DNA of 64,000 nucleotides from Amphiscolops sp. MND2022 (lineage: Eukaryota). A program made the position numbers and the translations under genes. The number at the start of each line of letters is the position of its first letter. The first letter of the stretch is position 1. Below the pieces are notes generated by a model. It saw only the letters and a program-made list of their open reading frames with translations. It was not told where the DNA came from and did not search any database. The DNA is taken from positions 57,414,001-57,478,000 of the forward strand of contig OZ076409.1 in the NCBI GenBank assembly GCA_964187785.1. Reading direction: 5' to 3'. This document shows positions 22,866 through 35,117 of this stretch, piece after piece.

Positions 22866-25800
22866 ATGGTTCGTTCAAGGAGCGTTTCTAACCGGCGTTC
22901 CAAGATTTCCGAGGGCAAATGGACAGCTTGAACTTCCTTGGATCAGACACCAGATACAGCAGTTACATTGACAGGTAAGCTTGGGTTTATTTTCTTTGAT
23001 TATTCATGTTGCTTTCTTGCCTTTTTGAGACGTCTCAGATTTTTAAAATACGAGTTGGCCAGACTCATCTTTCCGTTGACATATCTTTTTGATTCATCAA
23101 CTTCCTGTCTTCGAGTTTTTTGAACGGAATCACTAACTTCCTGTTCCGGTTTCTAGCATATTTCCATTCAAATTTTGTTTCAAATTCTTCCCAGCTACAC
23201 CATCAAAAAGCAACGCCAAATGTTCTAAACCACGAAAGGCTACTAGTGTCCAAAAAACTCTGTTAGAGTGCAGCTACAATCCTCGACTTTCTCTCGACGA
23301 AGATGATCTCCCTTCTGCTTTCGTTCCTCAAGTCCTGCTAGAGGTAATTTTGACGAGCTTGTGGTTGGTTTACGGGACAGCACCACTTTAGATGCAAAAT
23401 AAGCGGACGCAATTGAAGATATCCAGATCAAATCGACGTAAAAAACAACGCGCCCAAGGTAACGGGAGCTGTTAACGCTCCTGTAGACGGGGTTCCACCC
23501 GGACCATCATCACCACCAGTCACTGCTTCCAATAAATTTATTTATCGCGGGGAAAAGAGCCCTCCAACAACACAATCTGGGAATGTGCTAGCTTCAAGGA
23601 AAGGGTCTCCTTTAAAAAGGTATCTAATCAAGGAAACAGATCGTCTAAAGGAACAAGAAAAAGTCGACACTAGGGCTGCCACCCCAGAGCTGATTAAAAG
23701 CACCGAAATCCCTTCAAGCCCTCAAAGAAACTGGAGCACCCCGATTAGAGAGACTATTAGTTGAAGCAGCAGAAGAAGCCGCCACAAGTCAATTTCATCT
23801 CAGTCCCACATTGCATTGATGGTTCCCAACTCACCTGAGACTAGTGACAAAAACGGACGGAAAGCACGTCCCAAAACTGAGACTTCTGCCACGGCAAATC
23901 CACCAGATGTGATTGGGGATGATTATCAGCAACCCAGTTCAGACTCAGACAACAGCTTCTACTGAAGAAATCGTAGCTACCTCTGAGAAACCTCTCAGGA
24001 AACGCAAAACGCAGCAGAAGTGTAGTCCAGTCAGAAAACGGGCTAAGCCTCAACACATGCTGGCCGAATGGATGTACGATAAGTATCCCATCCTTGGGTT
24101 CTTTGCCACAGCGCCTTCTGACGCGGCCAGCCATCCGAACAAGTGTCGTTGTCGCAATTGATTGGTGCAACTTTCTCTGAAGACCAAAGGTCCTCTGAAA
24201 ATGTTACGACACTATCGGACTGATGCGCAATTGGTACGGGAACACAGGATCCGTGTGGAGACTCCCGAACTTGCACTATTCGATAAACAGTGTAAAGAAT
24301 TGAATGGAATTGCCTTGAAATACGCGAAGGAGAGAGCTAATCGGGAGTACCCGATTGCCCTCAAACTTGGCGATTAGTACCTTTGTGTTGATCAGCAAAC
24401 ACAGCCGGAAGGAACAGAACCAGAGAATCCTGACAAAGACACATTGTCACCCTTAACCCTCCTCAAGTTTGGGTTACGACATGGCGGACATTTGGACTCT
24501 CTGATAGCTCTCTGGCATGATCTAATCACAGAAACTAGGACTTCAGAATCCATCTCACCACATGATTGGAGGCCACACAGAATCTTGGTAGGTTGTTTTG
24601 GTAGTCGCTTTTGTTTGCAAAAATACTAGACGTTGAAGGAAATAATTTCTTTGCAGGCTCTTCTGACCCACATGTTCCACGAGCTCTTGTCGTACAGCAT
24701 CACCTCTATTGAGTCTTCAGGCAGCTACTCCCTTCAATTGGCATTCACAGTGCAAGAAACTCGGCTCTTTGTGAATATCTGGTCTGGAAATCCATTACAC
24801 AGCATGTATTTAGCCGTCCTCCCTGGCCGCCTTACCAATCAGTCTGATTTGATTCCGATTATCAGCAATTTCTTCGCCTTGCTACACTAAGAGGCGCACT
24901 TGATCTTCCTATCTGGGTTTTCCCAACGTCTTGTTTGGACGATTTCCCGGGTACTACCCTAGCAGAAAAGGATCTGCACCACGCCAAAATTTGACCCCGA
25001 GGATTTAGAAGAACTGTTATTAGTCCCCACAGTGCGCATTCTTGACAGGTTCGACTTCAGAAGTGTCCTGGAATTCCTGCTTCTTCGACTGAGATCCGCC
25101 TGTGGGAGTTCCTGGCTATCATCCCTTCCAACTTTCGAAAAGGTGTATATCTTGTATTCTGTTTTTCAAACTATTCTGTTAAAATATTTGCTTGGTGAAA
25201 AAATTACTATTTCCGTATGAAAACGGTCAGTATTTCTCCCGTCTGTAGATTTTATTCTCTCTCGTGAGATTTTCATTCTTTTTAGTAGAACAATTCTTTC
25301 TTCGCATATGACACTATGCAAATATCTCTTTGTTGCATATTTGAACTTGCGGCATAATGCAGCACAATTGGTCTTTTCAATCAATTTTTTCGTAATTGTT
25401 TCTTCTTTGCTAATGATTACGTAATTTGGTAGATTGAAAGATGAGTCACTGTACGATATTTGTTTCAATTTTCTGCACGTGAATAGGATATTTGTGTTGG
25501 ACTGCTTCGTTGATTTTTGGTACGTGAACATTTTGACTTCATGATGTTACGTAAAAGAAGTTGAATTTTTTTGTGTTGTTATAGCTGGCGTCCAATCTTG
25601 ACTATGATCTAAAACAAGCTGTGGAATTTCTCGATCAGTTAATCCAGAACTGGAAGCATGTCACATCCTATGTGCGGAACAGCAGAAGAGTAGCTGCTTA
25701 TCGCTCTCATTTTCAAGAAGTTTGTCCTCTTATTTTCTTCCTTATCGGGTATTCTGCTCCTGGTTGTTAAAAAATTTCGCGTTTCCTTTTAGCCATCTGG

Positions 25801-27192
25801 GATGGATGACATCATCATCAAGGATCGTGTGCTGGTTGTACGACTGTTTATCATTCGCCACATTCTAAGCCAGTGTTAGTATTTTTTTTCATTGTTTCGC
25901 TTCGATAGATATTACCTTAGTAAATTTCAATGCATGGCACAAAATTCCTTCTATTCTAATGGTTCCTCCATAGTGGTTTCATATCATACTTCATTGGTTT
26001 CTTCTCGTTTCACACAATTCAGCTTTCAAGGAAGTGGAAACGAGTGTAGCTGGAGGATTTTGTATCTACAACCAGTTCTGTGTTTTCGTGTACACACTGA
26101 TGCAAACCATTTTTCCTACATCCTTCCTTGGGAGCATCAACAATTGGGAGAGCTACATGCAGCTGAACATGAGTGAAAGCACCCTGCCTGTCAAAACAGT
26201 TGATGAATTTTTGCAGTACAAGAACCTCTCCGATTAGCTGTACAGGAACAAGAACCCTACCCCTCGAAAGTTTGTTGAGCAAGCTATATCTTTCTATCGT
26301 TAGTTTATAAAACTGTTGTTTTCGTGTGAAGTAACTACATCGTCATTTGCTCGTGGGCTGTCATCGTTTGACGAGGCTGGGATCCGTGATGGAGAGGAGG
26401 CACAGTACGAGGACTCTATTCAGTTCCTTGCTGGGTACCTCGTTCAACAACGATGGATATCCCCCCATACCAAACCCGTTGTGATTAGTGAGTTCTGCTC
26501 TCCCGTCACTAAAATCCGAGCCGACAAAGTCCATATTTCACAAGAATTGGTCAGCTTCATTTCCTGTTACTATGATCTTCAGTGTAGGGTTAAATTTTCC
26601 CGCATCTTTAAGATTGGCAGTGAAACTCTGAGAAGCCCTTGTTTTCCTCCCCTACACTTTACTGTATCTCTGCCTGGTTTAAAGTCTACCAAAATAGAGT
26701 TTTCTTCTTGCGTGAGACGCCTCCAGTGTTCCCTTAGTTCCATCCAAAAAGTAGAGAGACTTTTCTTGTCTCCGACTGCCCTCCCTCGCACATACGAGCT
26801 CCTTAATCAAGGGCCCGGGCTACTTTTAACGCGCAAGTTCTCAGTGTGGAATTATCTGAGTTCTACTCCATTTTTGAAAATTGGCCTGCTATCTACTTTG
26901 GAGTCCTGTTATGCCGAGAATGTTGCTGTTGACAGTCGTACTTGGATTACTGGAGAGAGAACCCAGCCTTTGTTCTAGCCGTACTAGCAGTATTGCCAGT
27001 TCTCCTGTAAAGTCTTCTTCTTTAAAGTCTTCTCCTGAGAAAACCAAGCAGCCAGCTACTACAGGTTCCGTTGTTGCCCCAGCAGTTCGCAGTTTGATTG
27101 AACTTCCTTTCCTGACTGCCTCAACTTCTACTGTTCCTTCCACTGGTGATAAGAAGAAGAACAAGAACGGAAAACCCACTGTGCCTCAGTAG
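22866..27192 (+). pseudogene. Antisense, multi-exon cargo gene of element C (BED-like finger plus hAT-like domain), decayed
   Basis: Putative ATG at 22866 with donor at 22975 (also in B: ATG 9775, donor 9877). Finger region HPNKCRCRN*LVQLSLKTKGPLKMLRHYRTDAQL. Intron 24588-24656, then ALLTHMFHE...SYSLQLAF...LFVNIW. Probable intron about 25144-25584. Ends with 26316-26978 and a Ser/Lys-rich tail. Confidence 0.65.
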
Positions 27193-27336
27193 ATCATTGG
27201 ATTTAGTCAAACTTTGTTTACGCCAATGACTTGACTTAGACTACAACTTTTCTGCAATTGTCATTGCTCTTTTCTTCATTTTTGTTGATTATTTAACCGG
27301 AACAAGGGAGTTGAATTTGTATTACTTTTGTTTTTA

Positions 27337-30300
27337 ATATCGGTATGAGTCTGAGATGTTAGGATTTGGGTTGGGTTAAAAATTGTAATTTTCACAACGA
27401 GTACTAGTAGTTGGTTTTTCTTTTTGAACCTCTTCATTATCTTCTGATAATGTCGTTACTTGATTTTCATCTGTATTTTCTGGGGATTTTTTTGCGTCAA
27501 AAGTAGGGTTAGCTTGTAGGCCTTGTTGATTATCAATTGCATCAATTTCATTGCCTACACTTTCAGCTAGGGTTTCTTCATTAGGAACGGTAGTTTCTTC
27601 TACCGGGGCTCCCCACTAATTTTTGAAATTTCAAGGCTGGGTGGGTGATTTATTGGGACGTATTCTTGTATGTCATCTTGCTCATTATTAGGTAGTTCAG
27701 TATCAAACAAATTTGAACCAAAACTTGTGTCCCAAGTGTGGGCATACAAATCATCGTGTGTTACTGTTTTGTTGTCGTCTTTTTGCCAGTCTGTTTCCCT
27801 GACGAAGTTATCTGCTAGTGGCGCACTAGGTGTAAATATTTTCAAATGTATTCGGTGTAACAGTTGTGTTTTGTTTGTCCCTAGCATACGCACAATGTAG
27901 TTATTGTTAGATAGGACTTTTCCGACTTTGTAGGGACCTATCCAATGAAATTCTCCTAACGGAATTTTTGTTGCTTGTGTGTCTGCTTTTGGATTCAGTA
28001 TATAACAATAATCTGTTGTTGTAAGTGGTGCTGCTTTTGCCTTGCGGTCATAGTATGTTTTTCCTTTAGAAAATGACTGCATGATATTCTTTTTGGATTG
28101 GTCATTGAGTATCTTCATTCTGCGGTGTATTTCTTCTGCAATGTCAGTCTGTGGAGTATATCGTGGATAAGGGTTGGAGCCTAGTTTGTAGTCTAGTATG
28201 TTATGTGGTATCCTGCCGTGAATAACACGAATCGGTTCACATCCTAAACTAACATGGTACGTTGTATTATGATTAAGGACGGCTAGTGGTATGAATTTAT
28301 GCCAGTTATTGCGGAATTCACCGGTGGCTGCTTTTAGATGTGCTTTTACTGTAGCATGGGATAGATGTAACATAGACATTTTAGTTCGACACCAAGTACT
28401 GCTGCTACTTCTCGCGTAATTTGTGAGTTGAATTGTGTGCCCATATCAGTTATTATGGTTGTTGAAAAATATGTATGTTAGCACAAAATGTCCACAATGA
28501 CTCTTGCGACTGTAGGGGCTGTAATATGGGTTGTTGGGTTAGCAAACAAATATCTTGAAAAGACATCAATTGCTGTTACTATATTATCGAAACCTCCACT
28601 TGGTGTGAGATTATGTAAGATGTCCATTTGAAGTACGTCTTCTGGACCGAGCTTCCATTCTGGGCAATTGAGACGTTTTGTTTTCAATAAATCGATATTG
28701 ATTCTTTTGTTTTGGATGCACATTTGACAATTTTGTACTCAATTCTTGATGTGCTTTACTGAACACGGGTAATAGTATTTTGGTCCTTCTTCTTGGATCA
28801 TTTTTTTTATTCTTGGGTGATTTGCATTGTGTCCATGCAATGCCCGTAGGAATACTTCAATGAGCTGTTTCGGTAAGAAAATCTGATAATGGGAGCTTTG
28901 TCCAATATCATTGTAGTGTTTTCTTTTCGCGCAAGAATGTCTTGACGGATTCCAAAACGGGGTATATTTTGTAGGTAGTGTTGATAGCGATTATCGTGTG
29001 TGAATGCTGATTCGCCAAAAAATTCTCCTTCAATTTTTGCTCTGAATTTTTGGAGAACGTTTCGGAGGATCGTTTTTTTGTTCGAGTCTAATTTTTGCGT
29101 TATCACGAAAATGTCCTTCTCGGTAGTTTATTGTTCCTGCAGTGGGTTCATGAAAATTTTGTAATTCGATTAATTCGTTTTTCGGTTCGTTGTGTGTTTC
29201 TGTTTGGGCTTGCTTTCTGATTTTATCTTTTTGTTCCCAATGTGTTTGTTCATCGATTTCGTCATCTGGATAAAGGTATATTTGTTCTCCCTCTGCTATG
29301 CCGGAGGATTGTATATTAACCTCAATGGCTTTTGTTTGTATGTCGTTTCGTAGATTCCTCTCTAGTTTCTCTGTTGGATTGATTTCTGTTCGTGACAAGA
29401 AGTCTACAGCCGTGTTCATTGCTCCTGCTACATGTGCTATGACGAAATTGTACTGCAAGACATAGTTGTATGCATACCACAATTCGGGAGGAATTATTTT
29501 TGTTTGAAAAAATCTCGTAACTGCTCGGTTGTCAGTGAAAACTATTACAGGAAAAGTACTTTCCCACATTAGATGTCCAAATTCTGAGAATGCGAAGAAG
29601 ATTGCTAGAAACTCTTTTCAATTGCGTTGGGTTGAAAGATTTTGAGCCAAATGCTTTTGGGGCACATACTTTGCGTTTTGATTGTAGTTTTTGTTGAGAG
29701 TCGCCGTCAATCATAATCGCATATCCTGCAGCTGTGAAGCTTGCATCTGACATGACGATTAGTTGTTTGTCTTCGAAAGGTTCTTTGAGTACTATTTAGC
29801 AAGATTGAAGGAGGTTGTTCAATTGTCCGAAATTGCTGGTAAGCTCGTTAGAAACATAAAATTTGTTTGTTTCTTTCAGTAATTTGAAGAAAGGGGTAAG
29901 TGGTTCCGAAAGGCGCGGTATATAATTTCTGTAATGATTCAGAAAACCAATATACCTTTGAAGGCCTTTTTTGGATTTGGGGAATTTAAGTTTCGCTAGG
30001 AAGTTTTTGACTTTGTCTACTTGGGAGAAACTCCTTCAGGTGTGATCGTTCTTCCCAGGAGGTCCACTTGTTTCACACCAGAGTGACATTTTGACATTGA
30101 CAATTTCAGTCCCGCGATCCGTATACATTCAAAGACTGCTCGGATGTTTATACACAGTTGTGCGACTGTGTTTGCTGCAATTCCGATGTCGTCTACGTAT
30201 TGGCCGCACTGGTCTGCTTTGATGAGGGTGTCCAAGTATTCTCGGATGAAACTGGAGAATGCTGATAGTGATCGACTAAGGCCTTGTGCTAATCGCCTAT

Positions 30301-33300
30301 ACGCAAAAGTTCGGCAAGAAAAGTTGAAGGCCAACATTTGGATTGAAAGATAGTCTGCCATCTGAAGGCAGTGGTACGCTTGTGAACAGTCAATTTTACA
30401 AAATAATTTTTTCCTGCCGTTTGTTGGGCTGCATCGGAAAGTGTACTGACTGGGTGGTTGTTGTTTACATAGTGGTCTCATACAGGGTTGTTCATCTTGC
30501 GCAGGTCGTCTAGCAGTCGTAGTCGGCCTTTAGGGTTTCGTTGCACAAAAATAGGACTTGCGTATTTAGAGAAAAGTAGAGTTGTTATTATGCCATACTT
30601 GTGAAGTAGGGCGAGTTCTACCGTGATGTCGTCTTTTAGGTTGATTGGAGTTGGAAGGTTTTGGCTATATGATGTTCGGTCATCATTTGAGGTGAGTTTT
30701 TTTAAATCCCGGTTTGTCCCGATGTCAAACCTGCATCGGGAAAAGATATTGTGGAATTGAACCAGCAGTTCTTCCACTTTCTGTCGTTCAAAAAGTGTGA
30801 GTGTTGTGTCACTCCAATCAAAACTGTCGAAGAATGTTTTCGTGATGGTTCGTCGTCATGTGGGTTGAGTTTTTCTAGTGTTTGGAGTTCCACTAGTTCA
30901 TGAACTTTTGTTTTTAAATGGGTGTGTTTATTGTGGGGTCTCCTGGTTTTTCCGGTGTTAGAAACCAGTACAGCTCTGTTTTGTCTTCTTTGTTGTTTAC
31001 TTTAAGAAGTTCGTTGAGATATGCTTCCGTAACTTCAGTATGTTGATGCGTGATGAATTTTAGTGTTGAAAGATTAATTGGTTTGATAAATTTTAACTGT
31101 TCTGGAGTTGAAACTCGAAAGTCGTCTAGTTGTGTGTTAGTTGTGATTGTATTTGGTAGTTCTGAGAAATTACAGATTTGATATCCTACTGCGTTATTGT
31201 TGACTGTGCAGAGGGAAGAGTTAAGGAAGAGTGTGTCGTGATCTTCAAGATGCGCAGATGGCGTTACTATGCCGGTTGCATCATGATGGATTAAGTAAGG
31301 CGTTCTGCTTGCAATAAGTCTCGTTTCACCCGGTTGCAATGTGTACGTTTCTTCTGCAAGTAGTGGTGTTGATTGTCGTGTTGGGAGGTTGTGTTCGGGT
31401 TTTAATTGCATTGATAAGTGAGGAAAATTCAATACTCCTTGTCTGATGTCGAAAATGGCATCGTTCCGCTTTAAGAAACAAAATCGAATTAGAGGATCCG
31501 GTAAGACTTTCATGACGCTGAAATTTTCTTTGAACATAAAATTTGCCACTTCAAATGTGAGGCAGAATGTTCCAGTTGGTGTTTCTAATTGTCCAATTGC
31601 TACCATTTTTTGGAATTTATTACGGTCTTGTTCTGATATAGCGTTTGTGAGAGCTCCAGTATCAATTAAAGTGTAGGTTTTTCAAAATCCATTGAAAAGT
31701 AATACATATGACGTTTACATTTCAGCGTGAGGTTTGGTGATAAAAGTAGAAAAGGGATATCTGTTTCCCTGTTAATCGTAAAAGTCAGTATGTTGTGTGA
31801 AAGTATTTGTTTTTTTAAAATGAGGATTTGGATGCTGCCAGTCATCTTTCTCATCTGATTTTGTGGGGCGTGGTTTTATTAGTTTGAATCCGTCGATGAT
31901 GAAAGTTGTTGTCGGGGTGCTTTCAGGTTGATGTGTTTATTGGAATTTTTATAACATTCAATGAGTTTTTTCTGTGCTTCAGTCAGTGTCCACTTCGGGG
32001 GACGGTTTTCCATATTTGCTCCGAAGTAGCTTGCTGGTTCTTCGTGTCCTACAGCGGATAGCATCAGGGTCTTGTTCCAGCTTACGACGTTTTGCTAACT
32101 TTGCGCAGTCTGCTGCCTTGTGCCCCGTGTTTTTACCAGAACGACATTGGTTGTCTTGCATTGTGTTGTTGGGCACTGTTTTTGGTACCTGTTGTTTCTT
32201 TTGTTTTGGTGTCGAGGTTTTCTGCTGTGTTGTTTTGTCTTCTGATTATTTTTTCATTACTGTCATTTGCGTTTTGACGCCGGTGTCTTCTGATTCAAGT
32301 CCGTTTATTTCCATCTCACGTTCGAGATGTCGGACTAATTGTTCATACGTTCCGTTCTCAAGATAAGCTTGATTAATAGAACGTTTCAAGTGTGGAAGCA
32401 TTTTTGCATATTATAGACTTTCTATCATTTGTGTTGCTATGTCACCAAAGTCTTTTTCAGCCTTTTCTTGTAAATGCTCGAGGAAATGCGGTAGTCTCTA
32501 ACGTTCCGGGTCAAATACCAAGCAATGAAATCTAATCTATGTCTTGCTGACGCACTAGATTCGGGCTTAACGAATTTTCTTCGGAACACTACCAGTATAT
32601 CTTCAAGCGTAGTTGTTGGTGATCGTAGGATGTTCGTTTTCGAATGTTTTCAATTCTAATCTACGCAAATGTGCATGAAAATGATTTATTTTCACTTCCT
32701 CAGTTAATGCGGGTTGCATTCTGAGTGTTGTGAGGAAAAGATCTTCAAAACATTCAAATTTCTTGTTCTTCTCCAATTTGCCGTTAAATGTAAAGGTATT
32801 TTTCGGGTAAAAGAGTGATGATTGTGTGTTGCAGCTTGCTAGTTTCTCAATAGCTATTGCTGTTTGATTAACAGTGTCTTGCTGAATATTAAGTGGTTCA
32901 GCAATCAGATGTTCATTGTGTGTAGTTATTGTATTGTTTGAGCTTTGATGATGAAGTGGTTTGGTAGCTTCTGTCACCATGTGATATTCCTCTTCTGCGC
33001 GGTTTTCATTTATAATTACAGAATCGTTTAAATCGATGTTTTGTATATTCGAAGGTTGCATTGGCGTTCTAAGTTTATTCATATTAGATGGCCTGAAAGG
33101 ATTATCCTGTATTTCATTTTCCTGGTCTTCCGGCTGAGATGCGGTATCTTCATTGTCCCTGTTATTTGGTTTTTGAGGTTCCTACTTGAGGGGTTTTTTG
33201 TTCTTGATATCTTCTGCTCGGCACAGATTGTGCTCTCTTCTGCTATCTTTCATCTCTTTCATCTTTTTCTCCAAGTTTTTATTCTTTTCTTTCCTCAGGT

Positions 33301-33545
33301 CTGATACTTCTTTATTCGTCTTTTCAGTTGTTCTTTGAGTCCACACTTGCATTTCGTCCTCGTTTCGAGAAACACTTACTAACGCTGTTTCTCCTCCCCA
33401 AACCGAATCAACATTTTCAAAATTACTAACAATTTCAATTGCGGTTTCATTACATTGTGATGTTTCAACCTCAGATGCGCTCAAGTCTCTTTCAAGTGAG
33501 GGTGATTGTTTTTGTCTGGGTCTTCTATTTTTTCTTATTTCCCAT
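27337..33545 (-). pseudogene. gag-pol of element C
   Basis: Fragmented ORFs: gag; protease; RT (KIDCSQAYH, LAQGL, QYVDDI); RNase H (MSDASF, FTDN); integrase (QMDI, IDVFSRY, C-terminal WIGPYKV). Confidence 0.92.
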
Positions 33546-34106
33546 CTCAGTCAGGTGAAAATGTTGTTTGTTGGAGAGAAGAATTTTAATTATGTTGAGA
33601 GACGAAATAGGATAAGGTCAAATACAGAGTTGGAAAACTTGTATATAACATCAAATTATCACCAAAAATAGGAAGTGAGAAAGTAGGTCTGAACAGTGTG
33701 GCAATTTTTTTTGTTGTGTCCTTTTTTTCGGGCGCTTACTCTCCTTTTTTAGGGTCTAAATTTAGCATCCTGATCCGTCACAAGTCAGTATGCATTAGTA
33801 GTTATCAGGGTTCTCGCATAATTTGTTCATTTCCTCGGAATTCACGTGAAGTACTGTCATATGTTAAATATGTTAACATAAAGCAACTTTTCATGAAATA
33901 TTTATGAATGAACATTATTTAACACGTGTCGTTAACAACAATAGCAATTAAATCCGATTATCGCTGTCATTCCAAAGTTATGCACAAGTTTACTAAAAAT
34001 GAGTCTTATGAAGTAGTGAGTTTTCCGTCTGATTTCTCCGTAGATGGGTGAGACATTTGCCATCATTGCTGCACCACGGATCCAACACAAGCTCTAGGCT
34101 GTGACA
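32980..34106 (-). repeat. 5' LTR of element C
   Basis: TGTCACAGCC...ATCACA on the minus strand, followed by PBS TGGTGACAGAAGC; related to the B LTRs. Confidence 0.85.
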
Positions 34107-34669
34107 GGCCAGCATTCTTGAAGCGAACGAGTGCTGCTTCGAACCCACGCTATCTTATGTTTCTGTCTTTTACTGTCTCGCCGGGATTTTCAGTTGCCGT
34201 TGTATAGGCTGCCAGAGGATCTGAGCAACTTCATCGTACGTTCTACCACACCAGTGACAGTTCCCCTGAACGTGTGGCATAACAGAAGTGTTAAGCTGTC
34301 TTCGTAAGGGGTTCCTCTGTTGCTAAGTAGAATTTTCACATCGGGCAGCACCTACATCAAACGTCTCCAGGTTGCTATGAGTGACTTGGGTATCCAGGTA
34401 TAACTGACCTTTAGCGTTATAGTAATAAGCAACATTAGGAATCTCGCTTGGTTGTAATATTCCGGCATTTATGTCATTTGGGTACTGACCCATACCTTGG
34501 GTGACTAAATTTTGGTAAGTTCAATTGAACACTCGGTACGCTGTATTGTTTTATCATCATACCCATTATACGGGTGAGCATAGTTTGGTTGAGGGATCTC
34601 ATGCGGTATTACTAAGGGTGCAATAGGTATAGGCCTGATTGGTTAATTCACTTGGTCGTTACTGGGGGA
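34107..34669. repeat. Duplicate of the internal segment 20693-21271, placed outside the 5' LTR
   Basis: Collinear match from GGCCAGCAT to GTTACTGGGGGA, followed by a second AGGCTGTGACA terminus and the TSD. Confidence 0.9.
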
Positions 34670-35117
34670 ATACAGGCTGTGACACTACTCTATCATGAAA
34701 CTGGAGTTAACTCTTCAAAGCCTAATATGCATTTGTTTTATTCGTCTATGAAAAATTAGACAATTGTACGTCAAGAAATGTTTCGAAATACTCAAAGAAC
34801 GTGCATGGATTATGTCGCAACTTGGAGACTTTGGAGTTTTAGATTCTTTATACTTTTGTTGGCGGCAGTCATCAGCAGGGAAAGAAAAAACGATTGGGAC
34901 CATGCTAATTGAAAAACAAGAATCAAGTTCTTCGAAAGTTGGAAGCAAATTCACAGAAAAGTCGACCATTACCAATCTGCAAACACCCCCAAGGGGTTTT
35001 CTCGAAGACTTTTGGTCATGGAGCCAAGAAAATTGGCACACATATGGGGTACCTAACACTAACACGTCGACCAAATTTCACGTTCATTTGCCTTTATAAT
35101 CCCATTTACCTCTCACA

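Larger units (their letters stand above)
19795..34684 (-). mobile_element. Full-length but decayed Ty3/gypsy LTR retrotransposon C with cargo (14.9 kb)
   Basis: TSD CTACT (19790-19794 and 34685-34689); LTRs 19795-20692 and 32980-34106; PBS; gag-PR-RT-RNase H-IN order. Confidence 0.9.

Noticed and set aside
22866..27192. Independent DNA transposon nested in element C
   Set aside because: No TIRs or TSD found, and the same position and orientation recur in A and B.
35105..35117. TTTAC as the TSD of the BEL element
   Set aside because: It matches the right flank (45599-45603) but is 8 bp away from the likely TG start, so it is not convincing.
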